From the NCBI RefSeq assembly GCF_041146345.1, contig NW_027191409.1, positions 930,001-994,000 on the forward strand: a stretch of DNA of 64,000 nt, written 5' to 3'. Below, in pieces: positions 39,400 to 51,511 of the stretch; position 1 is the stretch's first letter, and each line of letters starts with the position of its first letter. Origin of the DNA: Neodothiora populina (lineage: Eukaryota). The notes under the pieces are model-generated. The model saw only the letters and a program-made list of their open reading frames with translations, had not been told where the DNA came from and did no database searches. The position numbers were made by a program, and so were the translations under genes.

Positions 39400-40530
39400 C
39401 TATCGTCTAGTGCGCGAGCTGGCGACCTCGAACTCGCTAGCGTCGTCTGCGAGTTCTCGCATGGATGATGTATGCACAGGTCTCGGACAAGCGGTTGGGA
39501 CTCGTCGGACGGGCATAATGTACGTCAACCACCTGCTCTGGATAGTGTTCACCCATAAGTTGGTGGTCAGGTACATCAGGAGTGCGACGGGCATCTGCAG
39601 AGCTGGGAATATAGACAGTATGGCAACGGTCATGAGGATGCGTTGCATGTTGGTCGGTCCCGTCTGGCCATTGACACCTTGCAAGCGAGGTGCAAAGTAG
39701 ACACTGGCGAACCAAGTGGCCGAGAAGACAAAGGGCAGCACCAGAGTGGGGTCCGCCGCGGTGAGATCGGTACACCAGGGCAGACCGTCGATCAAGAGAT
39801 CGTGCTCGAACCAGGGTGAGTCGATGGCGAGATTGGAGGCCGAGGCTTGGAGTGTTGTGTCTGTCGCTGCCGTATCTGCCGTTGTCGAGGTGTGACCGAT
39901 GTTTGCTTGATCGAGAAGTGGGTTCTGTTCGCTTGCCGGAGCAGGTGAGGCGGATAGTCGGTCGAACGGACCCAGAAAGATGCGCAGGAGACCCTCTTTG
40001 TGCCCGCTCAGTCTCCTGATGCCGTCGGAGACTGCGATGAGAGTGAAGATGCTGGCGAAGCGCCTCGGGGAAAGCGTGGCTTGGTTGAACATAGAGGTGC
40101 GCAGGCGTCTGCTGATCAGCCAGCGGGCGACATACGTCTTCAGCTTGTTCTGAGGAACAAGCAGGTGTGCCTTTCGTATCTGCCGCCTGCGGAATCCCAT
40201 TTCCGCATCCACCAGAGGGCCGATTGCTATGCGCTCGAGCTGTGCCTTGCGTACGGGCTTCTGGAACAGCGGATACACCACTAGTGTCCTGATGAGTACG
40301 GCGGACAAGGGAAAGACAGCCCACCAGGGCAGGCCAATGGTGTGCAAAGCCTCCATGGCCGAAGCCGGGAGAAGGGCGACCGCCGACGAGACATTGAGGT
40401 CGTCGACGATGGCCCTGATGGACAAGGATCGTGACGCGAGAGGTACTTGGTAGGCAGACGGTCGCTGGGTAACAGGAAGGGCGAAGATGGGACGCCGGCC
40501 AGGCCGAACCAGCGGCCTCATGAATGACAT
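39400..40530 (-). CDS. COX18: Mitochondrial Oxa1/YidC-family insertase, Cox18-like
   Basis: Arg-rich presequence, GLPWW..LIR motif and GLPWCTDLTAADPTLVLPF motif followed by transmembrane helices. Confidence 0.75.
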   Translation of the reverse strand: MSFMRPLVRPGRRPIFALPVTQRPSAYQVPLASRSLSIRAIVDDLNVSSAVALLPASAMEALHTIGLPWWAVFPLSAVLIRTLVVYPLFQKPVRKAQLERIAIGPLVDAEMGFRRRQIRKAHLLVPQNKLKTYVARWLISRRLRTSMFNQATLSPRRFASIFTLIAVSDGIRRLSGHKEGLLRIFLGPFDRLSASPAPASEQNPLLDQANIGHTSTTADTAATDTTLQASASNLAIDSPWFEHDLLIDGLPWCTDLTAADPTLVLPFVFSATWFASVYFAPRLQGVNGQTGPTNMQRILMTVAILSIFPALQMPVALLMYLTTNLWVNTIQSRWLTYIMPVRRVPTACPRPVHTSSMRELADDASEFEVASSRTRR

Positions 40531-41012
40531 GGCGGTGGTGTGATACTTTTGTATTTTATGTATTTTTCCTTTTTCTCTCTATTCCTCAATCATGAGGTGT
40601 ATTCCAGACATGCACTTTCCAGATCCAGAAGGGACACGAACAATCGATCAGCGAGTCAGAAAACACGAAGGCATCAGTATCAGATGCAGCCGAAGACGAG
40701 CAACGAGAACATGTCAACATGCATCAAAGACAACTCGGAGACACTTTTCTTTAGCAGCATTAAAGAGCTAGCCGTGTTTCATGTCAGATGATTTTCATGC
40801 CGCAGTGACCCTGGCCGAGAGATCACGTCACAGGGCTCGGGAACACGAAACACGTAAGTCAAGGACAATTACTTGGATACAGAAACAGTGCCTTGTTTCT
40901 CCAACCACATCGTTCTGTCCTTCTCAAAGTACAGAACATAAAACATTGCGATGAGTCTGCTGGCGTGTGTCGAGCTCTGTATATAGACGAAATATCAGTC
41001 CTTCCGACAGCC

Positions 41013-42755
41013 ATGCTCGTCACCCTCATCACTCTGGCGGCGGCATCGCTGCTTGCTGTCTTGACCTTTCCACAGCTGATCCGTTATTGCGGCAGACAGG
41101 TGGGCAAGCATGTGCGCAGCAAGACGGAGCAGAAACGCAGTCTGATGCTGAGTCGAGCCGCCGCCGAGGAGGCCGAGAACACTGACAAAACACCGGGATC
41201 TCGCCCCGTAGACAGTCCTGATCGTGATTGGGAAGGCATAGTCGGCTTCTTCCATCCTTTCTGGTAGGTTTATAGAAGAAACCACAATCCAGCTCGATCT
41301 GCAACTGATTCACCATCAAGCAATGCAGGAGGAGGTGGTGAGCGAGTCTTGTGGGCGGCTATACGTGCAACCCAAGAACGCTATCCAAAGGCCGTCTGTG
41401 TCGTCTATACCGGAGACCACGACGTGGACGAAGACGCCATTATTTCTAATGTCAAGAACCGCTTCAACATTCCCCTTCATGCCCCGAGGATCACTTTTCT
41501 CTATCTGAGCACGAGAGATTTCCTCCTGGCGAGTAGATGGCCACACTTCACCCTTCTGGGCCAGAGCATCGGCAGTCTGATTGTCGCCTGGGATGCCTTT
41601 CATCTCATGGCTCCTGATATCTTCATCGACACTATGGGCTATGCCTTCACTCTGGCCTTTTCCACATTTCTGTTCCCACATGTGCCTACTGGCGCCTACG
41701 TACACTATCCCACAATCTCCACGGACATGCTGAGCAGCTTGGACGACGAACGAGGAAGAGGTGTCAACGCGGGTCTGGGTCAAGGCTGGAAGGGCACAGT
41801 CAAGCGCAACTACTGGAACCTCTTCGCAAAACTCTACAGTTGGATCGGAGGCGAGATCGACGTTGTCATGACCAACTCGACCTGGACCCAAAATCACATC
41901 AGGTCCCTCTGGGCACCCACTCGACAAAAGAGAAAGTGGACCCCCGGCACCTTTGTCGTCTTTCCCCCAGTGGCGGTCGAAGAGCTGGAGCAAGCTATAG
42001 AGGTGAGCGAGGAGAGCGAAAAGAGCAGGAAAAAGAACCTGCTATACATTGCGCAGTTCCGTCCCGAAAAGGACCACCAGAACATCATCATCGCCTTTGC
42101 AAAGCTCCTCAGGACACACCCGGAATACAAGTCCGCCACCGGACCACGCTTGGTGCTGGTCGGCTCAGTGCGAGACGAAAAGGACAAGATGCTCGTCTAC
42201 AAGCTCCGTGTGCTCGCCCAGGAACACCACGTGTCGGAGCAGGTCGACTTCGTCATCAACGCCAAATGGTCTCAGATCCTGGACGCCCTGCGCACCAGCT
42301 GGGTCGGCGTGAACGGCATGTGGAACGAACACTTCGGCATCGGCGTCGTCGAGTATCAAGCCGCCGGTCTGATCAGTGTCGTTGACGACAGTGGAGGTCC
42401 GAAGATTGACATTGTCGTGCCTATCGACGGCCAACGCACAGGTAAGCGAGAGCTCTTTTTCTTTCTTTTTCAGCCTCTTGCGATGCATGCATCGACGAAC
42501 ACAAGAGAGAAACGAGCAAAAGCTGACATGCCATCAGGTTTCCACGCGAGATCCGCCGACGAGTTCGCAGATGGCTATCACCGCGCGCTCTCACTCCCCG
42601 AGTCCGACACCCTAGCCATGAGGAAGCGAGCGCGACAGAGCGCGAAGCGCTTCTCAGAGGAGGTTTTCCGCGATAGCTGGAACACGCACATGGACAAGTT
42701 GATTCGTCTGCAGAGGACGAAGAGGAGCGAACGTCCGAGGTTGGGGCTTCCGTAG
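41013..42755 (+). CDS. ALG11: GDP-Man:Man3GlcNAc2-PP-Dol alpha-1,2-mannosyltransferase
   Basis: GFFHPFC|NAGGGGERVLW, DTMGYAF, YVHYPTISTDM, AQFRPEKDH and MWNEHFGIGVVEY motifs. Confidence 0.95.
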
Positions 42756-42872
42756 ATGAGAAGGGATCGAATTCTTACAGCAAAGTCTCTTTCCAATCCT
42801 ATCACTTTGTCTCAATTTGCTGCTGTCATGATCTTCGTATCCATAAGAAAGATTTCGAAGCCGCATCTCGAC

Positions 42873-44669
42873 TCAACCACTACTAGGCCTCGCCGCTCGC
42901 GTGCCGCTGCTGCTCGAGCTGCCCGCACCCCCTTGTACGATCCGTCTACTCAATCTCCCCAGCGCCTCCCCGATCCTGACCTTTTCCCTCCTGACAGAAG
43001 CGACTGCACCACCGCCACCACCACCAGCCCCAAGACCAGCACCAGCACCATTCGCACCCTTCTTTTCAAACGCCGCACTAATCTCCTCGAGAGTCTTCCC
43101 TCTCGTCTCAGGCATCAGGACAGCACAGACCGCGACCGTCAACAAACTAGCCACGCCGAAGAGGAAATAAACGCCAAAGCTCGAATGCGCCAGAAACACG
43201 GGCGTCGTGAGCGCGACGACGAAATTGACGATCCAGTTGGCGCTCTGCGCCAGACTCGTCGCGGGCGCTCGGGTCGCGAGCGGTTGGATCTCGGACGCGT
43301 AGACTTTGATGTGCAGCGCCCAGGTGGCGGAGAAGGCGAGGGCGAAGATGTAGATGAGCACGACGACGGCCCAGCGGCCTGCGCCGTGCGTCGGGTGGAC
43401 GGCGTGTGAAGCGTACAGGGCGCCGATGATGAACATGCATGTTGCGAGCAGCAGGCCGCCGGCCAGCGTGCTGGTTCGTCGTCCCCATGCGTCGGCGTAC
43501 AGGAAGGCTGGGATGGTGATGAGGAGCATGAGGAGGGCGGAAATGCCGGATGCGAGGAAACTGGATGTCGACGAGCTCAGGCCTGCTTGCTGGAATAGGA
43601 GGGGCGCGTAGTATAGCACTCCGTCGATGCCGGAGAGTTGTTGCATGCCCATCATGAAAGCTGCGAGGAGAGTGCGCCTGCGCACGCTGGAGTGGAAGAC
43701 TCGGAGCCAGCTGCTGCTGTTGTTGATGCTGTTGCTGCTGCTGTTGCTGCTGCTTTCGCTAATCTCGCCGTTGGCCGAGGAGCTTGTCGGAGGCTGCATC
43801 GACTTTGATGGTCCTGTTGTTGGGATAGCGTGCATCTGGTTGGAGCGCATTGGTGTCAAGGCCAGACTCTCTGGCTCCATGGCCATGAAGCCTGGTGCTC
43901 CATGTTCCTGCACAATTCCGTGTTTTGAACGATTATGCGAGGATGCATGCCCTTGCTCGAGCGGTTCGTCGAACTCCTTCTCCCGTTCGGCGTCTGCAAC
44001 GCCTAGTCGATCCCAGGCCCTGCTGGCCTCCTCGAATCTACCCTTAGTCTTGAGCCATCGGGGACTCGGTGGCATGATCAGGATCACACTGGTAGCATAG
44101 CAAAATGCCAGGAAACTCTGCAGTGCGAATGGTAGTCGCCACCCCAGACTGGAGTCGCCCGCTCTCACGGTGCCATAGCAAACAAAGTACCCAACGCATA
44201 TGCCTGTTGAGACGAGAAGCTGCTGCACGCTGGCCAAAACACCGCGCTGTCGCGCAGGTGATATCTCAATGACATACACCACAAGTGTGCTGAGGAAGAG
44301 ACCTTCTCCAACACCAGTGATGCATCTTCCAACGAACAACATGGCCAGGTTCTGCGCCGCTGCCTCCAGAGCAGTTCCCAGACAGAAAATGAACCCTCCT
44401 ATGCTGATCGCAAGAACACGTCCCAGCTTGTCTGCAACGCTACCTGCGAAGAACGATGTTACGGAAGCCGGAATCAGGATCGAAGAGACCAATACACCGT
44501 GCACAGTCGAGGTAAAGGAGCCAAAGTACTCGAGGAATTGCGGCATGGTGGTGATCGGACCTATACATCCTGTGTCTAGGCCAAAGAGCAAACCGCCAAA
44601 CGACGACAATATCGAAGCAAGTATGAAGGGATGTGGTTTATGCATGATGAGCGCCTTAAGTGAAGCCAT
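42873..44669 (-). CDS. MFS sugar porter family transporter
   Basis: GGLLFGLDTG, ADKLGR, EISPARQRG, PPSPRWL, QQLSGID and PETRGKTLEEI motifs; intronless ORF. Confidence 0.92.
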   Translation of the reverse strand: MASLKALIMHKPHPFILASILSSFGGLLFGLDTGCIGPITTMPQFLEYFGSFTSTVHGVLVSSILIPASVTSFFAGSVADKLGRVLAISIGGFIFCLGTALEAAAQNLAMLFVGRCITGVGEGLFLSTLVVYVIEISPARQRGVLASVQQLLVSTGICVGYFVCYGTVRAGDSSLGWRLPFALQSFLAFCYATSVILIMPPSPRWLKTKGRFEEASRAWDRLGVADAEREKEFDEPLEQGHASSHNRSKHGIVQEHGAPGFMAMEPESLALTPMRSNQMHAIPTTGPSKSMQPPTSSSANGEISESSSNSSSNSINNSSSWLRVFHSSVRRRTLLAAFMMGMQQLSGIDGVLYYAPLLFQQAGLSSSTSSFLASGISALLMLLITIPAFLYADAWGRRTSTLAGGLLLATCMFIIGALYASHAVHPTHGAGRWAVVVLIYIFALAFSATWALHIKVYASEIQPLATRAPATSLAQSANWIVNFVVALTTPVFLAHSSFGVYFLFGVASLLTVAVCAVLMPETRGKTLEEISAAFEKKGANGAGAGLGAGGGGGGAVASVRREKVRIGEALGRLSRRIVQGGAGSSSSSGTRAARPSSG

Positions 44670-45615
44670 GCTTGCTTCTCCGCTGACAATTGGCCTATCC
44701 GGTTTTCTCGTGCTGTATCATGCAGGTGCCTTCAAGAAGTGAGATGGCGTCCAGGACGCAGAATTGTGGCAAGTAGATGGTCGAGAGCAAGGTAGATACC
44801 AATTCAGTCAGGACTGTCAGAGTCAAGTATCTAGAAATGTGTATACGCTGTGATTCTTCAACCAGATACAAATATATGTAAAATACCTTGTGACTCGAGG
44901 GAAACTAATAAATATTGAAGCAGACACGAAAATAAATGCTCGGTTAACCTACGCCTTTTGATACTTCTTTGCCATGAGAGCAAGTGCAGTCAGACATGGG
45001 GACGACTTGAGTGGTACGCCGACGTTGGCCAAGTAAAAGAAAGCTACCTGGGGCAGGTTTCCCGACCGCTAACGAGATGATTCGATCCTGTGAGAAACAC
45101 GGCTCTCCGTGTTTAAGACTGTCGATCGCAGCTTATATGGTGCAACATGGGGTTGCTTAAGCTACACTAAAGCAGGCACCTCTGAGCGTTCGGAGGTGGT
45201 TACCTACCTACATACCCATGTATCTCCTGTCTAATGCAGGTCGGGAATTCAACACAAAATTGGTCCCAGATCTTGCACTTCTTCAGGAGCCATATAATCA
45301 ACCCCCTGTGCTTCCTTGAATTTTGCAGTTTTCACTTCATAGACTTGCCGAATAACTTTGGTGGCTTTCTTGCAATCATGTGTGCTTTGCTAGCCCCGCT
45401 ATATAGTCACATTGGTGGACTGGCTGCTTTGATTGTATGCACGCCGTGCGTCATCGCACCTACAACCCGTATCGTGTAGACGCCTTATAGAACGGTCTTG
45501 CCCTGCTTTCTATTATGAGCAACTCACCGTCTTCCATACTCGTTCTCTCCCCAAAGGATCGCACGTGTTGCTGTACGCGCTTCATCGGGCATTGCTGCCG
45601 AATACCTACGGCAAG

Positions 45616-47464
45616 ATGGAGTTGGCAAAGGAGTTCTACAACGATAAGGTGAAGCAGGTAAGCCATTATTACGCCAGACGTAGATACCATTTAGATCTCT
45701 CGGATGTAGCGATTGATCATCTTCTAGGTTGTGCTGTTCTCCTCAACAGCGATTGCCCTCTATGGGTGAGTCTAGACGGCCTGAAGTAATATGTTAAAGC
45801 CTAATCTCACCGATTTAGTTACGACCAGGGGATGATGTCGTTGATTAACACAAATCACGACTATCTCAAAACCATGGGGATTGGTGCAGAGGATGCCTTG
45901 GTTGGTGTGATTGTATCCATCTACTATCTGGGAACAGCGGTAGGAGCAGTCATATTCTCCGAAATCGCAGATAGGTATGGCCGAAAGCCTGCTCTGTTTG
46001 GCTGCCTGGCGACATCATCGCTGGGCAATCTTTTCATGTTCATTGCTGGGCTTGGCTACACTCGTGGTGCCCTTGCGGTGATGTTTGCCGGTAGAATCAT
46101 TATGGGTCTTGGTGTTGGAGGTGTTGACAGTGTTGTGCCGATATACTCTTCGGAGCTGAGTGAGGACAAGTCTCGTGGCAAAGCGCTAGCCCAAGAGTTC
46201 CAGATGAGTATGCTACAAGTTACGATTTATCGTGGAGGACAATGAAACTGACCACTCCAGACATATTCGGTCTCAACATGGCTTTTGCCATCAACCTTGG
46301 CCTCACTAGATTGCTAGGCAAAGAAGACCAATGGGCATGGCGCGTTCCAATCATCGTGATGCAGATATACCCAGTCTTACTTCTTGCATTCATCGAGAGA
46401 CTACCGGAGTCCCCTCGTTGGCTGATCTCCCACGAGCGCAAAGATGATGCAATGCATGCGCTTGTGCAGATTTACGGACAGGACGATGCCGAGGAGAAGT
46501 GCGATGAGCTGACCGAGCTCCATGAGCGAGAGTCCTCGGAATCTGTTGGCTACCTGGATATGCTCCTGAAGCCTAGCCATCCGCAATTCCATCCCACAAT
46601 AATAACAGTCATGGGACAGATCAACCAGGCATTGACAGGGTACGATAAGATACTTCTGATGTGTTTGACACTGCTGACAGCTTGCAGGTATGGCGCAGTA
46701 TCTGTCTATGGCCCACAGATCCTTGAGCTGCTCGGGTTCAATACGGTCATTGCAGAATACCTGACCATGGGCAATTACGTCTCTTATCTCATTCTCATGA
46801 CTCTTGCCTGGCTGCTGATCGATGCTGTAGGTCGACGAAGTTTGTTACTCGGTGGCTCAGCTGTGCTGAGCATCTCTTTCTTCCTTCTTACCATCTTCGG
46901 TGGCCTAGCATTTAACGCGGATGAGCTAAAAATTCCAGTCATGGCTCCTGCGGTTCCAGGAGTCGTCACGCTGTTCATTGCAACAGGAGCGTTTGGCATT
47001 GGCTGGCTCGCGACCGTTTGGGTGAGTTTGAACATGATGCTTTTATGCCCATCTATCCTTGTTGTGACTAACAAATCGTCAAGCTCATCCCAACAGAGAT
47101 CTTCCCAACCTCGGCGCGTGCGCAGGGCACCGCGATCAGTGTCATTATATGGGGTCTTGCTAACTTCGCCGTCACACTCCTTACCCCGATTATGTTCAAC
47201 AACTTGGAGTACTGGCTCTTCCTAGTTTTCGGCGTGACAAACCTCTTCGCCGGAACTATGACATATTTCTATCTGCCGGAAAGTGGTAATCGTAGTTTTG
47301 AGGAGAACCAGACCTTTTTCAAAGAAGCCAAGAAGGCCGGCACATGGAGGGTCGGCGCTGTTAGCGATGGAGCTTATAAGAGACTACCCTATCCAGCAGG
47401 AAAGGATGATGACGGCGAGACCGCTCCATTATTGAGTAGGATTAGAGATCAAGCCATGTCCTAA
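45616..47464 (+). CDS. MFS sugar porter family transporter, multi-exon
   Basis: GYDQG, ADRYGRK, PESPRWL, QINQALTG, DAVGRR and PESGNRSFEE motifs. About five short introns. Confidence 0.88.
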
Positions 47465-47868
47465 GATGCCAGGATGTCGGGTAGACACGCTGACTGCTAA
47501 GTCGATCTACAGAGTGCAAAACGGCGTGGCTCGTTTCGTCAAATCGTCTGATTTGTATACACATAATGCGATACATTAACCCGCCTACGAAACGTCAGGA
47601 ACCATCATGTGGATAACCATGGACAATATTACAGCAGTATCATAGATGTTGGTTTGATATTTGTGGCGAGGTTCATTGGTTGATTTTGTAGCGTATGATG
47701 TCAATGTGATTGAAAACACATAACCAACCTCCAACTCAAGAACTTCTGTTGTGCCCAGTTTCATGTGTTGCTTTGCACAGCCCTGCTGACGAACTCAATC
47801 GACCCCTGTGTATAAGTACGAAACAACCATGCGCTTCTGTCTTCTCAAACAACTAGACAATCATCATT

Positions 47869-48948
47869 ATGTCGCGCGAGGATCGAATCGCTGCTTCGAT
47901 CGCGAAAGCAATCAGTACTGAACAGTCCAGCAAGAAACAACCAGTGTACTCAAGGTTCCTTATTGCCATCGCGTCTTTCTTTGCTCTTTTCAGTTTACGT
48001 TTCGTACGCTTCAGAGATGACCTGTTTCGCGACTTACGCAGCCAAATTTGGCTGTTAGACGAGAGCTCATATTTGCAGAGCTTTGAGAGCCGCGAGAGTC
48101 TTGTTGCCAAAGGTGATATGGGATACTCAGGAAGCACGTTTTTCTCCACCAACGACGACAGGTTTCTTGTTAAATCAGTACCACGACGCTTTGAAAATTC
48201 ATTCTTTCGCAACGATCTTCTTGTGCCGTATGTCGACCACGTCAAGGCCCATCAAGGGTCCCTGCTAGTACGGATCTTAGATTTCCTTTGCTGGAGATAC
48301 ACCAGTCTCGGTGGGATACTGGGTCTGGCGCCTACACACCACATCGTGATGGAAAACCTTGCACTCGGAAAAGACCAAGCTACAGAGCAAGGCGAGGGAA
48401 AGTGGGAGGCGTTCGATCTGAAGCCTGAAGATTACTTCTTCCCAGAACGAGATATTGCGGGTGGCAACCTGTCTTCCGAGGCTACCAAGGCTCGCCTAGT
48501 CGACAAATTTGATGGCAAAATCGTCCTGACACACGCCCAGGCAGACGGGTTCATGGCGCAGCTAGAACAAGATACTAAATTGCTTGAGCAATGTAACGCT
48601 GTTGACTACTCACTCTTTCTTATCCGCATCCCGAAGCATCAGGATCCTTTCGCTGACGATGCGCAACATGACGAAGCTCCAATGCCACCTCAGGAAGCAC
48701 CACTGGTGCCCTCTCCACCACCGACGTGGCGTACAGGGATTGAGTCTGCGGATGGCAAGTATGTCTTCCGTGCTGTTGTGCTGGACTTCTTCTGGGCTAA
48801 GCACAAGGTCCAAGCAAAACTCTTTACACTTCTGATCAAGGGTTGGAACCTCATCGATAGACAAGGTCCAATGAGTATCACAACCACCCCAGACGAATAT
48901 CGTACTCGCTTCCTGAAGATGTGCAGTCATATAATAGAAGCGAGATGA
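47869..48948 (+). CDS. Phosphatidylinositol-phosphate kinase (PIP5K/SAICAR-synthase-like) domain protein
   Basis: GYSGSTFF, FLVKS, MENL, FDLK, DYSL and VLDF correspond to PIPK catalytic motifs; intronless. Confidence 0.8.
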   Translation: MSREDRIAASIAKAISTEQSSKKQPVYSRFLIAIASFFALFSLRFVRFRDDLFRDLRSQIWLLDESSYLQSFESRESLVAKGDMGYSGSTFFSTNDDRFLVKSVPRRFENSFFRNDLLVPYVDHVKAHQGSLLVRILDFLCWRYTSLGGILGLAPTHHIVMENLALGKDQATEQGEGKWEAFDLKPEDYFFPERDIAGGNLSSEATKARLVDKFDGKIVLTHAQADGFMAQLEQDTKLLEQCNAVDYSLFLIRIPKHQDPFADDAQHDEAPMPPQEAPLVPSPPPTWRTGIESADGKYVFRAVVLDFFWAKHKVQAKLFTLLIKGWNLIDRQGPMSITTTPDEYRTRFLKMCSHIIEAR

Positions 48949-51511
48949 AAGGACATAGATTCACGACCAGGATCGCCAACCAAGGTCGCCATGGAAGATT
49001 CATTGCTTTCACCGCTGGTTACTGCTGGAAGTGTGACGGAAATAGCTAGGCAATCTGGGTTTGACTAGGTTTTGGAACATCATCGAAGCCTTGGCCTTAC
49101 TTGACATGCAGAGGATAGCCACCTAACCAAGCCGACGTGATAGTCCCCAATGTCCGTTGTCGACACGTGGCAGAGCGCTTGAAGCATGCTCATACCCTGG
49201 GACATAAGGCATTCTGTTGTTTATGTAGATCTTAACGATAACGCCCTTCCACCGCACAGCTTCAAGCGGATGCAGTGACTAGCCTTTCCCGGTATCTTGA
49301 CTGTCAACCCTCCACCGTTACACGGCATACTGACATGTAGTGTCTTACATGACGATGATTTACCTCCTGTCACTCGATGTCATGTAACATGATACGGCTC
49401 TGATGCCCCAATGCAAGCCTCGTTTGCAGTCCATCTATCGCGTACATCGACAAAAGTGAAGCTTCATCCAACCGTTGCTGCTGAATCCAGCCGGTCCCGT
49501 AAAATGCCGCCAACCATGGTTTAGAACCATAGTTGTCGTCGTCTGGACTTGCATATATAAAGCCAGCTCGGCTGAAGGTCCGTCTGCACTTCCAATGTCA
49601 ACAAACTGTATGCGCATCAGATACATGAAATCCGTTGAGCCTATGGATCTGGACCTTCTTAATGAGTGCAATGTTTACACAACTGATAAGAATCGCTGCT
49701 GGCTGCAGGTCGAGACTCCGCAGATGTACAAACCAGGAACGACCCCTACCCTTACCTATACCACGAGGCTGCCCGCAACTAGCAGTGTGTAACCTCTGCA
49801 CGCGCAACACCGCGCATACGGTTGGCCCGGACCACGTGGCGAGGTCACTACCAGGCCCGTCTCCGTTACGACACATGTCACGGCCGATCAGGCATTGAGG
49901 TAGACAGCATGTGAGGTCCCGTCAAGGAACACATTCGCGATTGGTCCTAGGCTTCTCCTAGATATGCTACCAGCAACAAATGAGAACCCTGAGGCAGACA
50001 TATCGCTAGTGGCATCGACCTAACTTCTTGCCGGGAGAGAGTTGAACACAAGCACTCTTTCAACTCGAAGGGCGGGTTGACCTCATCTATGCAGCACAAC
50101 CGCAAGCTTCCGTTGCCCCTCTCGTGTACAGCACTCATGCAATCAAGCATGCATGGCATGTGCTTAGAAGACATCCCGGTTCCCGGAATCTAGAGAGTGG
50201 ACCTCAAAAATGCAATCGCACCGCGACCATGCGGTTTGCTGGCAAGCGAGCATGGAATAAAGTGTGGCTAAATAATGCCGAACAGCATCATCTCCTGGCC
50301 GTCGTGTTTTCTCGCGTGTCTCATTGCAATTGTTTGCTTCATTCTAAACACTTACCGAGGATTAAGATCCAGATAGAAATCCTCGAGTCAGAGCTCAACG
50401 CCGTGACATTGCATAATATCAAATAACGTGGCGTCCTGCACCAGCAATCGGTGGCGATGATCTTCGACAGCAACTAATGTACTTAGTACTCCGTATATGC
50501 AGGAAGCTCGTTGTGCGCAACGCCCTTTCGCTTCTCTCCTTAATCATACTTTACATGGATGTGAAGGAAAAGAAAAAGGCAGATCCGACTGCAGCAGTAG
50601 TAAGGCATACCTAGTGTGGTTACCTTCACATCGAGTCGGAAGTGTCGAATTGTCAAGATGACGCTAAACCTTTTGACCCACCGAGCTGGCTAGCGAAAAA
50701 GCAGCAGCGTGCGACACTCGAACTCTTTACAGGTCATCTTCCTAGTCCGAGCCGCGACAAAGTGTCCGATCCCTAGGTTCCCTTGCTTTCGAGCTGCAAA
50801 GTGATCTATCAACACGAGCTGCAGTTTGCGGGGCTCCTCGAAACACATTGATGAAGATATCATCCGTCTCCGCCATAACCGTCTTTTCCCTTGTGGCGAT
50901 ACAAACGTTCGTAGTTCGCGTAAAGGTCTATCATGCATTGATCAGACATACCTATCAATGCGACGGTCACTTCACATGAATCCACCAGTCGAGTTTTTGA
51001 GAAGTCCGATGATTTGACAGTTATGCGACTTCCCTATTAAGGCCCACCTGCAGCCGTTTTCCCAAAGCTATTCTAGCAGAGGTAATCCGCGGCTGCTCGC
51101 TTGCCTCCCTTGACAAGCTGCTAAACGCTGCATCAATCACAGCCAATGGTCTCGATAGTGATCAGTGCGGCGGTGTGTGTGTATTTGCAGGGTTATCTCA
51201 GCGGACATGCAGAGTTAGGGCGTTGTGTTGCATTCCAATGTATGGATTACAGAGCTTCGTACGATGCATTAGCTCGACCGGCATGTCTCTGAGGACCCTC
51301 GCATCATACTCAGCATACTCGGTAGGATCGATCTATGAAGATTATTAAAGCTCTTCATCTGCCCTGAGATCAGCCATGTTGCTCTTCAACTCCCCATTCC
51401 GCAATTTCCCCCTCCTCGGTCACAACTCTGCTTCTGTCACCAACATCCCCTATCCCTCATACATCTCTCGTATCGCAAGCACTCGAGTGCTCCAGACAGC
51501 AATCGAAGGCA

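Noticed and set aside
39437..40324. Long alternative-frame and antisense ORFs (for example 39437-40324, 34946-35860, 38007-38864, 42756-43409)
   Set aside because: They overlap well-supported genes, have no recognisable motifs, and are expected shadows of GC-rich codon usage.
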